A stretch of DNA of 64,000 bases from an uncultured archaeon (GCA_902384455.1 CABMCB010000071.1:1-64000), one strand, 5' to 3'; positions 1-9,789 are shown, counted from the first letter of the stretch. Notes: generated by a model from the sequence alone, not told the origin. Made by a program: numbers and translations.

Positions 1-180
1 GCTGCAAGTCAGAATTATATCGTCAAGAAGGACGGTAAGAAGCTGATTGTGGCTGGTTGGACTGCTGCGGACACTGTGGATGCGGGTAACGCGCTTGTCG
101 CGTGGCTCAAAGACAACGTCCACACAGGTCTACCGCCCCAAGCCCCAGGCACGACACGAATGATCGTGAACGTACCATAA
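1..180 (+). CDS. S-layer-family protein, C-terminal end (partial, runs off window start)
   Basis: Frame 1 reads AASQNYIVKKDGKKLIVAGWTAADTVDAGNALVAWLKDNVH...*, aligning with the C-terminus of the 55570-58254 protein (ASSENYVVHLEGNNTLVVAGYKATDTLKAADALIGWLKGNIH). Confidence 0.8.
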   Translation, partial: AASQNYIVKKDGKKLIVAGWTAADTVDAGNALVAWLKDNVHTGLPPQAPGTTRMIVNVP

Positions 181-203
181 GCTGAAAGCAGTAAGCCGTT
201 AAG

Positions 204-252
204 CCGCCCCCCGCAAGGGGGGCAAACCCCCCTTTTTTATTCTTCTCTTTTA
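204..252 (+). terminator. Putative terminator (GC hairpin plus pyrimidine tract)
   Basis: GCCCCCC-GCAA-GGGGGGC hairpin followed by CCTTTTTTATTCTTCTCTTT, just after the stop of the S-layer-family gene. Confidence 0.6.
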
Positions 253-315
253 TCCTCCTGATGTTGCCGTCAAATGTGAGTTCCCGTTTTATCCGCATTC
301 TACTCAATTATAACC

Positions 316-1134
316 ATGAGCCGCCAGTTCGTTCTTCCCGCGGGCGTTGCGTCTGTCCCTGGTCTACTTGAGTTTGGGGCAACGCAGAAGCTGGAGGGCA
401 CGGAGTTCGAGCGCAGTCTGCTGTTGGGCGCCGGCGTGCATGACGGAGAGTATGCGGCGCTTGCGCGGGCGAGGGCAGGATTCCACAGAGAATTCCAGGT
501 TGAACCCGCTCGCATGTTTGTTGACCCAGATGAACGAGGAGTTTTCTCCCACGCAGCAATACCCCTATACTATATCCCCGATCTGCGGGAAAAGACTCAG
601 GAAGCCGACCCAGGGTTTAACGTCACCTGCGCCTCTTCAACCGCCTTACTTAGCGAATTCCAATTCCTCCAAAGCCTAAGGGCCATCCAAATTAGCGTCG
701 GAAGCGCTGAAATAGGGGTGGCGTACCGGCTTTCTCCCATGCGGTTTGGCATAGTAAGCGACGGCAAATCATTCTACCTAGCTGAAGAGCGGCCTGACGC
801 CTTGCTTAATGACGCGCTGGTCTCAGCCAGACAAACAGGCGACCCGCATAAGGTTGATGCTCTGATAAAATCGCTTGGTCGCCTAGTTCTTGACGTTGAG
901 CGTAGGGGTCTTTCTCCCGGCGGCATGTGCGAGCCAGACAATTATGTCGTCAAAGGCGGTTCTGCGATGATGCGCAATACCCGTTGGATGAGGTACCACG
1001 ACGCCCGCGAGCACCTGATTGACGACTTGCTTGAGCACCCAAAAGTAGAATCCTCGATGAACGAACTACTTACGGGTGAAAGAGAACGGAAAGTCTTTAC
1101 GGATTTTATCGAATCCGGAAGAAGATACCCCTAA
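316..1134 (+). CDS. Hypothetical protein, possible degenerate protein-kinase-like fold
   Basis: 272-aa ORF; LGRLVLDVERRGLSPGGMCEPDNYVV resembles the Bud32/Kdo/RIO catalytic-loop region but lacks HxD and DFG. Confidence 0.55.
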   Translation: MSRQFVLPAGVASVPGLLEFGATQKLEGTEFERSLLLGAGVHDGEYAALARARAGFHREFQVEPARMFVDPDERGVFSHAAIPLYYIPDLREKTQEADPGFNVTCASSTALLSEFQFLQSLRAIQISVGSAEIGVAYRLSPMRFGIVSDGKSFYLAEERPDALLNDALVSARQTGDPHKVDALIKSLGRLVLDVERRGLSPGGMCEPDNYVVKGGSAMMRNTRWMRYHDAREHLIDDLLEHPKVESSMNELLTGERERKVFTDFIESGRRYP

Positions 1135-1135
1135 A

Positions 1136-1537
1136 TTATTTCCCCCAATTCTTCTTCGCCTGCCTAAACTTCTCCTTCAAGCCGTTGGGGTCCGCCACAT
1201 TCACGAAGACCATTTCGTACCCAGTTGAGCCCGACGTGTTGAAATACAGGTTGCCGTAATTGAGTATTCTCCCCAGAAAGCCCTGCTGCACAAGTATGTC
1301 CTGAATCCGGTCTACGTCCGCTTCACGCGTCACCTTAGAGATGAGGCCGAAACTCACTTTCACTCTTTCGTTTGTGACTTCGTAGTTTGACCTGAGCATT
1401 TTGATTGCGCCCAGAAGCAGCACGATAAGCCCGATAGGCGACAGTATTATGGTGACCGTCAGCACAAGCCCGATTACCCAGTAAGACAACAGACTCAGAG
1501 GACTTACTCCCCCCTTCCATAAGACTTCTTCGGCCAT
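1136..1537 (-). CDS. Membrane protein with bacterial PH domain (bPH_2)
   Basis: Two N-terminal TM helices, then YEVTNERV..GLISK..RIQDI.VQQGFLGRILNYGNL pattern. Confidence 0.85.
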   Translation of the reverse strand: MAEEVLWKGGVSPLSLLSYWVIGLVLTVTIILSPIGLIVLLLGAIKMLRSNYEVTNERVKVSFGLISKVTREADVDRIQDILVQQGFLGRILNYGNLYFNTSGSTGYEMVFVNVADPNGLKEKFRQAKKNWGK

Positions 1538-1635
1538 TGTGTTAGGTAAATGATTTTGCGTTAAATAAGTTGTGTTTTCCGGGGTGATGCGGTTTATTTT
1601 AACGGCTGTTTCACATATTTGAATTAGTGGTCTTT

Positions 1636-2610
1636 ATGAAAAATTCCTTGTCTTTGGTAGTCTTTTTGTTGGCTGCTGTTGTTGCGTCCTCTCTTTGTAT
1701 AGGGGGGAATAATGTGGAACAGAATTCGTCTGTGGCTGCTTCGTCTTCCATAACCGTTTCCGGTGCTTTCGCTCTTTATCCTCTTATGGTAAGGTGGGGT
1801 GAGGAGTACAATAAGCTGCATCCTAACGTGAAAATCGACGTTTCTGCAGGCGGAGCCGGCAAAGGAATGACGGATGCGTTGGGCGGTTTGGCCGACATAG
1901 GCATGGTTTCCCGGGAAATCGATCCCTCTGAGGTGCAGAAGGGGGCTTTTGCGATAAAGGTGGTAAAAGATGCTGTTGTTCCAACGATGAATAAAAACAA
2001 CCCCGCAGCAGCAGATGTCCTCATTCAGGGTTTGACTCAAAAGCAGTTTAAAGACATATTCGTTTCAGGCAACCTCACCCTCTGGGGTGCGGCAGTTTCC
2101 AAACCGTCGATTACAAATAAAATAACAGTCTACGTACGCTCAGACTCATGCGGCGCAGCCGACGTATGGGGCGCCTACTTGGGGGTAAAGCAGGACGGCC
2201 TCAAGGGTGTGGGAGTGTCTGGCGACCCTGGAATAGCTGAAGCGGTCTCCAGCGACGTCAATGGAATAGGGTTCAACAACATCAATTTCGCCTTCGACAG
2301 CAACACAAGCCTGCCTCTTGGCAACCTCGCCATAATCCCCTTAGACAAAAACGGCAACGGAAAAATAGACGCCGACGAAAACTTCTACTCAAATAAAGAG
2401 GACGTTCTTGCGGCGATAGCAGACGGCAGATATCCCTCTCCGCCTTCAAGAGAACTCTATCTGGTAACTAAAGACAAATTTTCAGGAGAAACAAAAGAAT
2501 TCGCCAAATGGATCCTAACTGACGGCCAAAAATATGTCGTTGAAGTAGGTTATGTGCCGTTGCCTCAAGACGTCATACAGGCGCAGTTGGCCAAGATAGA
2601 CGCCGCATAG
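1636..2610 (+). CDS. pstS: Phosphate ABC transporter substrate-binding protein
   Basis: Signal peptide; SGAFALYP, GGAGKG, DIGMVSRE, YPSPPSRELY motifs; upstream of pstCAB; ATG at 1636. Confidence 0.93.
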   Translation: MKNSLSLVVFLLAAVVASSLCIGGNNVEQNSSVAASSSITVSGAFALYPLMVRWGEEYNKLHPNVKIDVSAGGAGKGMTDALGGLADIGMVSREIDPSEVQKGAFAIKVVKDAVVPTMNKNNPAAADVLIQGLTQKQFKDIFVSGNLTLWGAAVSKPSITNKITVYVRSDSCGAADVWGAYLGVKQDGLKGVGVSGDPGIAEAVSSDVNGIGFNNINFAFDSNTSLPLGNLAIIPLDKNGNGKIDADENFYSNKEDVLAAIADGRYPSPPSRELYLVTKDKFSGETKEFAKWILTDGQKYVVEVGYVPLPQDVIQAQLAKIDAA

Positions 2611-2726
2611 AATCTACGCCAGTCAGTTATTTTGTCTGTTAGAGTCGGCTCTTTGCCTGACCAGCAATTAGACTGCTTTTACCTGCTTTTCAGTATTTAG
2701 GGGAGTAAATCTCGTTAGTACATATT

Positions 2727-4274
2727 ATGCGTGCCCCTGTTGTATCCGTAGAGGGTGAAGCCGCCAAAGCAGGCGATATTCCCTCGGCGGTACTGCCTGG
2801 TGCTATGAGTTCTTCTTTGTCCCTTGCGCAGCTTGGCAGTGTTCATGGGCGTTTCTATTCGCAGGTAATTGATACTTTCTCCGGGAACTTGCCTGTTGAG
2901 ATTAGGGATGAGCGGATTCGTGGCTTAATCGGGGAGTTACCGACACCTCAGTTGAGGAAGGTGTATTCGGAGGGGCTTAAGCGGTTTAATCGTGAGATTG
3001 CGTCTGAGAGGGCTCTTATCGAACGGCATGATGGTTATGGGTCGTGTGAGGAGTGTCTCATCGGGACTGTGTTGAGTGAACGGGATTTAGGTGGTGCAGA
3101 TAGGGCTGAGATTATGGCCGAAACCCGTCAGAAGGCAAGATATGTAGAGTATTCTGGTATTCCTGCTTTGGAGGTTGATTTGGATTACTTTCGGATGTTG
3201 CAAGGGCATGGCATTATCCATAGTGCGGGTGGTGCGGTGGCGATGCTTGGTGATGTAGTGAGTGAGCCTAGTTTTATCGTCCTGCCTAGAGGTCTTAGGA
3301 GCGGGACGACTTCTGACTCGCAGAGGCGGCATGAACTGAACCATTATGTCCAGCACTTCCTTCGGCGGGCCGGCATAGAGCGGGCTTCATCCGAGTCAAC
3401 TCCTGATAGGGCAACGGCGTTCAACCATTTTAGGGGCGAGTTCACGTCGTATGTGCTTGAAGGCACGGACATAATGGGCATCGAAGAGGACATATTAACT
3501 TATTCAAAGGACGCGCAAGTCCTCGCAGAAGCCGCGCAAACAAGGGATATCTTAGGATTGTGCGTCAAGGTCGCGGCAAGAAGGGGAATTCCGGCCACGG
3601 ATTTCATATACGCCGCCGTTCGCTCCAGAACATTCGAGGAAATGGCTAAGACTACTATGGACATGGCGCCCCTAGGAACCTCGGCTGATGCAGCGGTTAT
3701 AGACGTGTTCTATCATGAACGGAAGGAGCGCGTAATAAACGCCGAGAAGGAGCTGATAAGGCGCTCAGGATTAACGGCAACAAAAGAGGCTCTGGAAGAA
3801 TACGGCGCAAGTACACTGGGTGACGAAAAAATTAGGACTCTCTGGGGTATTGCGTCTGAAGCCAGCGTATTAGCCAGATTTTCCTCCGACATATTCGGCC
3901 AGGATATCAATACCCGCCGTCTTATCGCAGATGCGGCCAGCAGTCGCATACCCCTGAGTACGGAGTCGGTTGATTACCTTTTGTCTCTCCCTGCGGAAGC
4001 AGCAGCGAAAATCCCGGTAGGTGGAGACTCGCCTGAAGACTGGGTGAAGAGGTTCATCAGCTACTGGTCGATTGACAACGAGCAGTCAAGGGCTCTGTAC
4101 CGTGACGTCATTGAAAGATGCCCTGAAGTCAAGACGGCGTTCAGAGCGGTAAAAACCCGGATAATAACCGAGGGAGAAGCCAGCGTTAGGGCCGAGTTCA
4201 GAAGCAGTCCGGAACGTGCCCAAGTGCGGGTAGAACGGATGACGCAGTTGATGGATGGTCTGGATGCAGTTTAA
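2727..4274 (+). CDS. Hypothetical protein with HExxH zinc-metalloprotease-like motif
   Basis: 515-aa ORF; RRHELNHYVQH followed by a downstream Glu (FRGEFTSY). Confidence 0.65.
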   Translation: MRAPVVSVEGEAAKAGDIPSAVLPGAMSSSLSLAQLGSVHGRFYSQVIDTFSGNLPVEIRDERIRGLIGELPTPQLRKVYSEGLKRFNREIASERALIERHDGYGSCEECLIGTVLSERDLGGADRAEIMAETRQKARYVEYSGIPALEVDLDYFRMLQGHGIIHSAGGAVAMLGDVVSEPSFIVLPRGLRSGTTSDSQRRHELNHYVQHFLRRAGIERASSESTPDRATAFNHFRGEFTSYVLEGTDIMGIEEDILTYSKDAQVLAEAAQTRDILGLCVKVAARRGIPATDFIYAAVRSRTFEEMAKTTMDMAPLGTSADAAVIDVFYHERKERVINAEKELIRRSGLTATKEALEEYGASTLGDEKIRTLWGIASEASVLARFSSDIFGQDINTRRLIADAASSRIPLSTESVDYLLSLPAEAAAKIPVGGDSPEDWVKRFISYWSIDNEQSRALYRDVIERCPEVKTAFRAVKTRIITEGEASVRAEFRSSPERAQVRVERMTQLMDGLDAV

Positions 4275-4358
4275 CCCTGAGTTTTCAGTCGTCTGGTGTC
4301 TGTGAACGAAAACAGATAAAAGCATCCAAACACATGAATGTAAAGAGAGGGCCATTTT

Positions 4359-5246
4359 ATGGACAGAACGAGATTAGACTCCTTAATCGGCGGACTCACC
4401 AAAGCAGTCGCCCTGCTATCAGTCAGCACATTCTTCTTCATGCTAGTGGGCCTTCTAATCAAGTCGGGGAACATTTTGTCTTCGCATTCACTCTCTGAAC
4501 TGCTTTTTTCCACAAACTGGAGCCCCTCAAAAGGAAACTTCGGGTTTTACCCCTTCATCACCGGAACATTGCTCGTCACCTTATCCACAATGGCAATTTC
4601 CGTCCCACTATGCCTTATGAGCGCAATATACCTCACGGAATACTCCGGGAAAAAATTCAGGTCCACGGTAAAAACAAGCATAGACACGCTCGCAGGAATA
4701 CCCTCCGTCGTATTCGGCCTGTGGGGTGTGTTGTTTGTTGTCCCGCTTGTGAGGGAAGTGATTGCGCCGGCGTTTGGAGCGGAAACGTCCGGCTACTGCA
4801 TACTAAGCGGCGCGCTGGTGCTGGGGATAATGGTTGTGCCCATTATGCTTTCCATAATGAAGGATGTAATAGGAAGCGTACCCCAAGACCTCAAGGAGTC
4901 GTCTTTCGCTTTGGGCGCCACAAGGTGGCAGACAATGAAACACGTAGTCCTGCCGAAAACGGCGCACGGCTTGTTTTCCGCGGTCATATTGGGGTTCAGT
5001 CGGGCGTTCGGCGAAACTATGGCCGTGCTCATGGTTGTGGGTAATGTGGCTGTGCACGCTAGGTCGGTGTTTGATCCTGCGTATCCTCTTTCTGCGTTGA
5101 TTGCTAACAACTACGGGGAGATGCTTTCCATTCCGTTGTATGATTCGGCTCTTATGTTCGCTGCGTTGCTTCTTCTGGTTATTGTAGTTGTATTCAATGT
5201 TATGGCTAGGTCGGTGCTTACTCAACTGAAAATGGAGGAATGCTGA
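4359..5246 (+). CDS. pstC: Phosphate ABC transporter permease
   Basis: LAGIPSVVFGLWG, ALGATRWQT, SRAFGETMAV motifs. Confidence 0.95.
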   Translation: MDRTRLDSLIGGLTKAVALLSVSTFFFMLVGLLIKSGNILSSHSLSELLFSTNWSPSKGNFGFYPFITGTLLVTLSTMAISVPLCLMSAIYLTEYSGKKFRSTVKTSIDTLAGIPSVVFGLWGVLFVVPLVREVIAPAFGAETSGYCILSGALVLGIMVVPIMLSIMKDVIGSVPQDLKESSFALGATRWQTMKHVVLPKTAHGLFSAVILGFSRAFGETMAVLMVVGNVAVHARSVFDPAYPLSALIANNYGEMLSIPLYDSALMFAALLLLVIVVVFNVMARSVLTQLKMEEC

Positions 5247-6097
5247 TGGAAAGGCGCAGAATCGAAGAAAGCGTGGTTAAGTTGGTCGGCTTGCTTTCCA
5301 TATGTTTGGTTTTGTTTTCTTTGATAGCCATGATTGCGACGATAGTCATTAAGGGTCTGCCGGCTTTGAGTTTGTCTTTATTGACGCAGACGCCCAAAGG
5401 CGGATTCTACCTGGGCAAGGAAGGCGGAGTACTCAACGCAATCGTCGGCTCATTATACTTGGCTGGGGGGGCGACGCTGCTGGCTTTCATCGTCAGCCTG
5501 CCTACGGCGCTCTTCCTCCAAAACGAATATTACGGCAAGACGCGGATGGCCGAGGTCGTCCGGCTTCTTTTGGACATCCTTTGGGGCATACCTTCAATTG
5601 TCTACGGGGCGTTCGGTTTCATAATCATGCTGTATCTAGGATTGAGGGCGTCTCTTCTCGGGGGGGTTATTTCTCTTGCTTTCGTCATCTTCCCCATAAT
5701 GACGCGGTCCATAGACGAAATACTCCTTACGATACCAAGAGACCTCAAGGAGATTTCATATGCCGTCGGAGCCACACGGCTTGAAACCACCCTCTCAGTA
5801 ACACTCAAGCAGGCAGCGCCCGGAATACTCACGGGAATAATACTGGCGTTCGGACGAGGCATAGGAGACGCAGCATCCATACTGTTCACCGCAGGATACA
5901 CCGACAACATACCCTCCTCGCTGTCGGAACCCGTAGCATCCTTGCCTCTGGCAATATTCTTCCTCTTCAACACTCCCTACCAGGCAGTCAAAGAAAAAGC
6001 GTATGCTTCCGCCGTAATACTCCTGTTCATAATACTGCTGCTCACATCAATCACGCGGCTTTTGAGCAGAATCTCCGATAAATACTCAATAAAATAG
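5246..6097 (+). CDS. pstA: Phosphate ABC transporter permease
   Basis: GIPSIVYGAFG, AVGATRLET, GRGIGDAA motifs; TGATG overlap with pstC. Confidence 0.95.
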   Translation: MERRRIEESVVKLVGLLSICLVLFSLIAMIATIVIKGLPALSLSLLTQTPKGGFYLGKEGGVLNAIVGSLYLAGGATLLAFIVSLPTALFLQNEYYGKTRMAEVVRLLLDILWGIPSIVYGAFGFIIMLYLGLRASLLGGVISLAFVIFPIMTRSIDEILLTIPRDLKEISYAVGATRLETTLSVTLKQAAPGILTGIILAFGRGIGDAASILFTAGYTDNIPSSLSEPVASLPLAIFFLFNTPYQAVKEKAYASAVILLFIILLLTSITRLLSRISDKYSIK

Positions 6098-6098
6098 A

Positions 6099-7094
6099 AT
6101 GACCAACGAAGCAATCCACATCGAGGACCTAAACATATACTACGAAGGAAAAGCACTGCTCAAGGACATAACCCTAGACATACCCGAAAAAAAGATAATC
6201 TGCGTCATAGGCCCCTCAGGATGCGGAAAAACAATATTCCTAAGAAGCTTCAACAGATTCACAGACTTCAACGAAGGACTAGTAACACGCGGAAAAATAC
6301 TCTTCGACGGCACAAACGCACTCGACACATCAACAGACGTAATCAAACTAAGAACACAAGTCGGAATGATGCTCCAAAAACCATACCCCCTACCCATGTC
6401 CATCCACGACAACGTAGCATACGGCCCCCGCCTACACGGCCTAAAAGACAAGAAAAAACTGGAGTCAATCGTCAAAGAAAGCCTTACTGAAGCAGCACTA
6501 TGGGACGAAGTCAAAGACCGCCTGCACGAACCAGCAACAAAACTATCCATCGGCCAGCAGCAAAGGCTTTCGTTGGCCCGAATACTCGCCGTAAAACCCA
6601 GGATACTGCTTTGCGACGAACCGACTTCCGCATTAGACCCAGTGTCCTCACATAAGATAGAGCAACAGCTGCTGAAGCTGAAGAAAAACTACACCATACT
6701 AATGAGCACCCACAACATACATCAAGCCAAACGCCTCGCAGACTACGTCATATTCCTCTACCTGGGAAGCCTGATAGAGCACGGTCCGGCGAAAGAAATA
6801 TTCAGGAATCCTAAGGAAGAGGCGACTCGCGCATACATCAAAGGCGAATACTACGAAGAATACAAGGTCGACAAGGAAATAGACGTCCGAGAATACGGCA
6901 CTCCAAGCAACTTCATGAAGACGATGGAAACAATAGAAAGCATGCAGATAGGCCAGGTGCTGCGCATCATAGTCGACACACGCGAAGCCCTAAAGGACAT
7001 CCCGCAGGGCCTTGAAACTGAGGGTCATAAGATAATTCACCGCAAGAAAAGGGGCGATAAAGACTGGGAGATTGTGGTTAGGAAGGTGGAGTAA
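6099..7094 (+). CDS. pstB: Phosphate ABC transporter ATPase with C-terminal TusA/SirA-like extension
   Basis: Walker A GPSGCGKT, LSIGQQQRL, DEPTSALDP; about 75 extra C-terminal residues (IDVREYGTPSNF...GQVLRIIVD..ALKDIP...WEIVVRK). Confidence 0.92.
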   Translation: MTNEAIHIEDLNIYYEGKALLKDITLDIPEKKIICVIGPSGCGKTIFLRSFNRFTDFNEGLVTRGKILFDGTNALDTSTDVIKLRTQVGMMLQKPYPLPMSIHDNVAYGPRLHGLKDKKKLESIVKESLTEAALWDEVKDRLHEPATKLSIGQQQRLSLARILAVKPRILLCDEPTSALDPVSSHKIEQQLLKLKKNYTILMSTHNIHQAKRLADYVIFLYLGSLIEHGPAKEIFRNPKEEATRAYIKGEYYEEYKVDKEIDVREYGTPSNFMKTMETIESMQIGQVLRIIVDTREALKDIPQGLETEGHKIIHRKKRGDKDWEIVVRKVE

Positions 7095-7131
7095 AGCGGG
7101 CGACGCAAAAGTAACCTACTTTGTGATGTAA

Positions 7132-7833
7132 CTAACTTCTTGTTCGGCGCGAAACAAAATATGCGACGACAACAACAGCCGCTGCAAATACGGTTAATGC
7201 CGCTGGAATCAGTGGCGTGTTTGCGGGCTTTTGTTCTTTGTTTTGAGGGGCAGTCAAAATTGGGGGTTGCGTTGTGGTTGTTGCGGGCTCTTCCGCGATG
7301 GTTGTGGAAGTTGTGGTGGTTGAGGTTGTGGTTAGCGATGTTGTGGTGGTGAAAGTAGTTGTCGTAGTAGTTGTTGTAGTTGTGGTTGTAGTGGATGACG
7401 TCGTGGTTGTTGTCGTCGTCGTGGTTGTTGATGGTGCTGTTGTCGTTGTCTTTTGTGGTGTGTCTTTCACCGTGAAGTTGTATGTGACTTTGACGCCGTC
7501 GAAGTTGGCTTCCGCCTGGTATCTGCCGGCTTTGGTGGGAGTGAAAGAGTTTGTTTGGGTGTAGTCTCCCTGCACCCTAAGGTCGGGTTTGCAGCTGCAG
7601 CTTGGGAGGGTGCTTTGGAAAAGAATCGTCTCCTGACTCTTAAGGTTAACGTTCAGTATGACAAGCGTTCCAGTCATCTTCTGCGGAGAATTAAGGTGCA
7701 AATCAAAAGCTATAGGCACCCCCACCTCCGTCACATTCCTGTCGCTGGTAAGCTCCACCGTCGTTATGGCCGCCGCCAAGTTAACTGCTGTGCACAATGC
7801 CAGAAGCGTCAATAAAGCGTTTTTCGCCTTCAT
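7132..7833 (-). CDS. Exported protein with Thr-rich stalk and C-terminal membrane anchor
   Basis: Signal peptide, beta-rich domain with CSC, poly-Thr linker, hydrophobic tail ending SRRTRS. Confidence 0.8.
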   Translation of the reverse strand: MKAKNALLTLLALCTAVNLAAAITTVELTSDRNVTEVGVPIAFDLHLNSPQKMTGTLVILNVNLKSQETILFQSTLPSCSCKPDLRVQGDYTQTNSFTPTKAGRYQAEANFDGVKVTYNFTVKDTPQKTTTTAPSTTTTTTTTTTSSTTTTTTTTTTTTTFTTTTSLTTTSTTTTSTTIAEEPATTTTQPPILTAPQNKEQKPANTPLIPAALTVFAAAVVVVAYFVSRRTRS

Positions 7834-7892
7834 GTTGGAGAATACATTGCGTGGCCGGATTTATCAATCTGTGGCCTGCTTTTCTCCGCCTT

Positions 7893-8279
7893 TCAGACGT
7901 GTTTTTTGAGTCTTGGTTCTAGCATTTCGCGGGGTAGGGCTCCTGTGATTCTGTCTACTAGTTTGCCGTCTTTGAATACGAGCAGGGTGGGGATGCTCAT
8001 TATGTCGTATTGGCCTGCTGCGTTGGGGTTTTCGTCTACGTTGAGTTTGCCGAATGTTATTTTGCCTGCGTAGTCTTTGGCTAGTTGGTCGATTGTTGGG
8101 GATAGCATTCGGCAGGGGCCGCACCATGGTGCCCAGCAGTCTATTACTGTTACGCCTTTTTTGGTTGTTTCTTTTTGGATTGTTTCGTCTGTTATGGTGA
8201 TTGGTGTGTTCATTTTTGTTTTTTCCTCAAGTATTTGTCTGATTCTTTTTTCTCTTAGTTGCTGAAGTTCTTCGTCCAT
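7893..8279 (-). CDS. trxA: Thioredoxin
   Basis: WAPWCGPC active site, IMSIPTLL cis-Pro loop; N-terminal DEELQQLREKR helix typical of archaeal thioredoxins. Confidence 0.95.
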   Translation of the reverse strand: MDEELQQLREKRIRQILEEKTKMNTPITITDETIQKETTKKGVTVIDCWAPWCGPCRMLSPTIDQLAKDYAGKITFGKLNVDENPNAAGQYDIMSIPTLLVFKDGKLVDRITGALPREMLEPRLKKHV

Positions 8280-8371
8280 CTTTTTGGTCTATACTCTTTT
8301 GTAGGATGCATATAAAAAGTATTATTGTTCAACATTAACGCACTTTTAAGTCGTGAAAAGCATAGTTTGAC

Positions 8372-8749
8372 ATGAAATCGGTTGATATGCCGTCTTTGAT
8401 TCGAAGAAGCGACGTATGCTGTAGGGATGTTTTGTGCGCTGTTTTGGGGTTGAGGGAAATTGAGACTTCCATATACTGGTTCGTTCTGGGTAAGGAAGCG
8501 CAAGTGCCTGAAATATCCAGGGCAGTCAAAAGAGATCGCACTAGCGTCCAGCGTTCCGTTTCGGTGCTAATATCCTGCGGGCTTCTGACTCGAAAGAGAC
8601 TGCCGGTAAGCAGGGGTAGAAAGTACGCTTACACGTCAATACCTGTGCCTGAACTTAAGGTTCGTCTTAACGACGAGCTTGATGGGTACTACGGCGTCAT
8701 GCAGGAGCAGATACGAAAGATACGCTCTCCGTCAGAAAAAGAAAAATAG
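8372..8749 (+). CDS. Small wHTH transcriptional regulator (TrmB-like)
   Basis: LGLREIETSIY..EISRAVKRDRTSVQRSVSVL..GLLTR..GRKYAY; divergent from trxA. Confidence 0.85.
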   Translation: MKSVDMPSLIRRSDVCCRDVLCAVLGLREIETSIYWFVLGKEAQVPEISRAVKRDRTSVQRSVSVLISCGLLTRKRLPVSRGRKYAYTSIPVPELKVRLNDELDGYYGVMQEQIRKIRSPSEKEK

Positions 8750-8799
8750 GCTGCAGGAACGCAGATTGTTTGTTGTTATCAGACCTCCGACTCTTTGGT

Positions 8800-9789
8800 T
8801 TAGTCTCCCCGCAGTAGTACGCCGTATTTCATTTCCAATGCTTTGTGGCATGTTTTGAGGACTTGTCTGGCTTTCGCTCCTTTCATGCGGTCTGCTGGGT
8901 CGAATGTTTGTTTGAACGTTTTTTTGGAGTGTAGTGCGCCGTTGCGGCTTCTTAGGTGTATGCCTCCCATTACGTCGTCGTTTTCGTCGCGGGTGAGCAT
9001 GTAGAATTCGACTGGGTTGCCGTCTGGCGGCTCTGGTATTGCTACGTCCAAACCTCGCCTTTCGGCTACCATGCGAACGTCCAGCGGTGCGTCCGAGTCT
9101 ATCATGTTCTGGAGGTTCTCTATGACTAACGTCGCCTCCCTGTATGCGCGAAGCGGGTCGCCTAAAATGTGCAGGCACTGGTTGAATAGGTAGTCTCCGT
9201 CAACGTCAGTCAGATACAGAACCCTAAGAGACTTCTCCTTTATGCACCTCCTCCAGAGCGTGTGGGTGTATGCGGTGCGCTTAAGTCCCTCGCTTAATGC
9301 GGGAGTATAAGCTATTTGCGGAAAGTTGTCTGCGACAAGGAAAACAGCGGATTTCTGCGCGGCGTTGGCCAAGGCCTTGTATAGGTTGTCGTATGGGAGG
9401 TAGTCGACTATGGGGTGGTCTGGGGCGTTTATGTTGCGGTAAAAGTAGTCTTCCACATCTGAGGCAACCATTGACACTGCGTCCAACTCGTCTTTCCGCT
9501 GCTGTTCGCCCTCCTTCAAAACCGCCTGCATCCCCTTGAAGTTTACCGTGAAGTCTCCTCGTCCGGCGTGGTCTATGATTTTTTGGTCGCGCAATGCCCT
9601 AAGAAGAGCGAACAGCCGGCTTTTTTGCATTACAATCTGATGAGACTTCTCTAAATCCCTCTCAATCCGCTGGGCGCTAACTTTCCCGCCCTCCTTCTGA
9701 AGGCGGTAAATGCTCTTCAACACCATAAACTGCTGGTCAGTGAGGCCAAGCCACCTGCGCACGTGGTTGAAGTCGAAGTCGGAGGCCAT
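8800..9789 (-). CDS. Putative transcriptional regulator (N-terminal wHTH)
   Basis: LGLTDQQFMVLKSIY...SRLFALLRALRDQKII helix-turn-helix-like region; C-terminal domain not recognised. Confidence 0.55.
   Translation of the reverse strand: MASDFDFNHVRRWLGLTDQQFMVLKSIYRLQKEGGKVSAQRIERDLEKSHQIVMQKSRLFALLRALRDQKIIDHAGRGDFTVNFKGMQAVLKEGEQQRKDELDAVSMVASDVEDYFYRNINAPDHPIVDYLPYDNLYKALANAAQKSAVFLVADNFPQIAYTPALSEGLKRTAYTHTLWRRCIKEKSLRVLYLTDVDGDYLFNQCLHILGDPLRAYREATLVIENLQNMIDSDAPLDVRMVAERRGLDVAIPEPPDGNPVEFYMLTRDENDDVMGGIHLRSRNGALHSKKTFKQTFDPADRMKGAKARQVLKTCHKALEMKYGVLLRGD

Noticed and set aside
7132-7230. Archaeosortase (PGF-CTERM) signal
   Set aside because: A TM helix and basic tail are present but no PGF/PEF-type motif; treated as a plain membrane anchor.
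7270-7452. GTT/GTC/GTG trinucleotide-like repeats (also about 46786-46852)
   Set aside because: They encode poly-Thr linkers with mixed codons and are not an independent repeat element.
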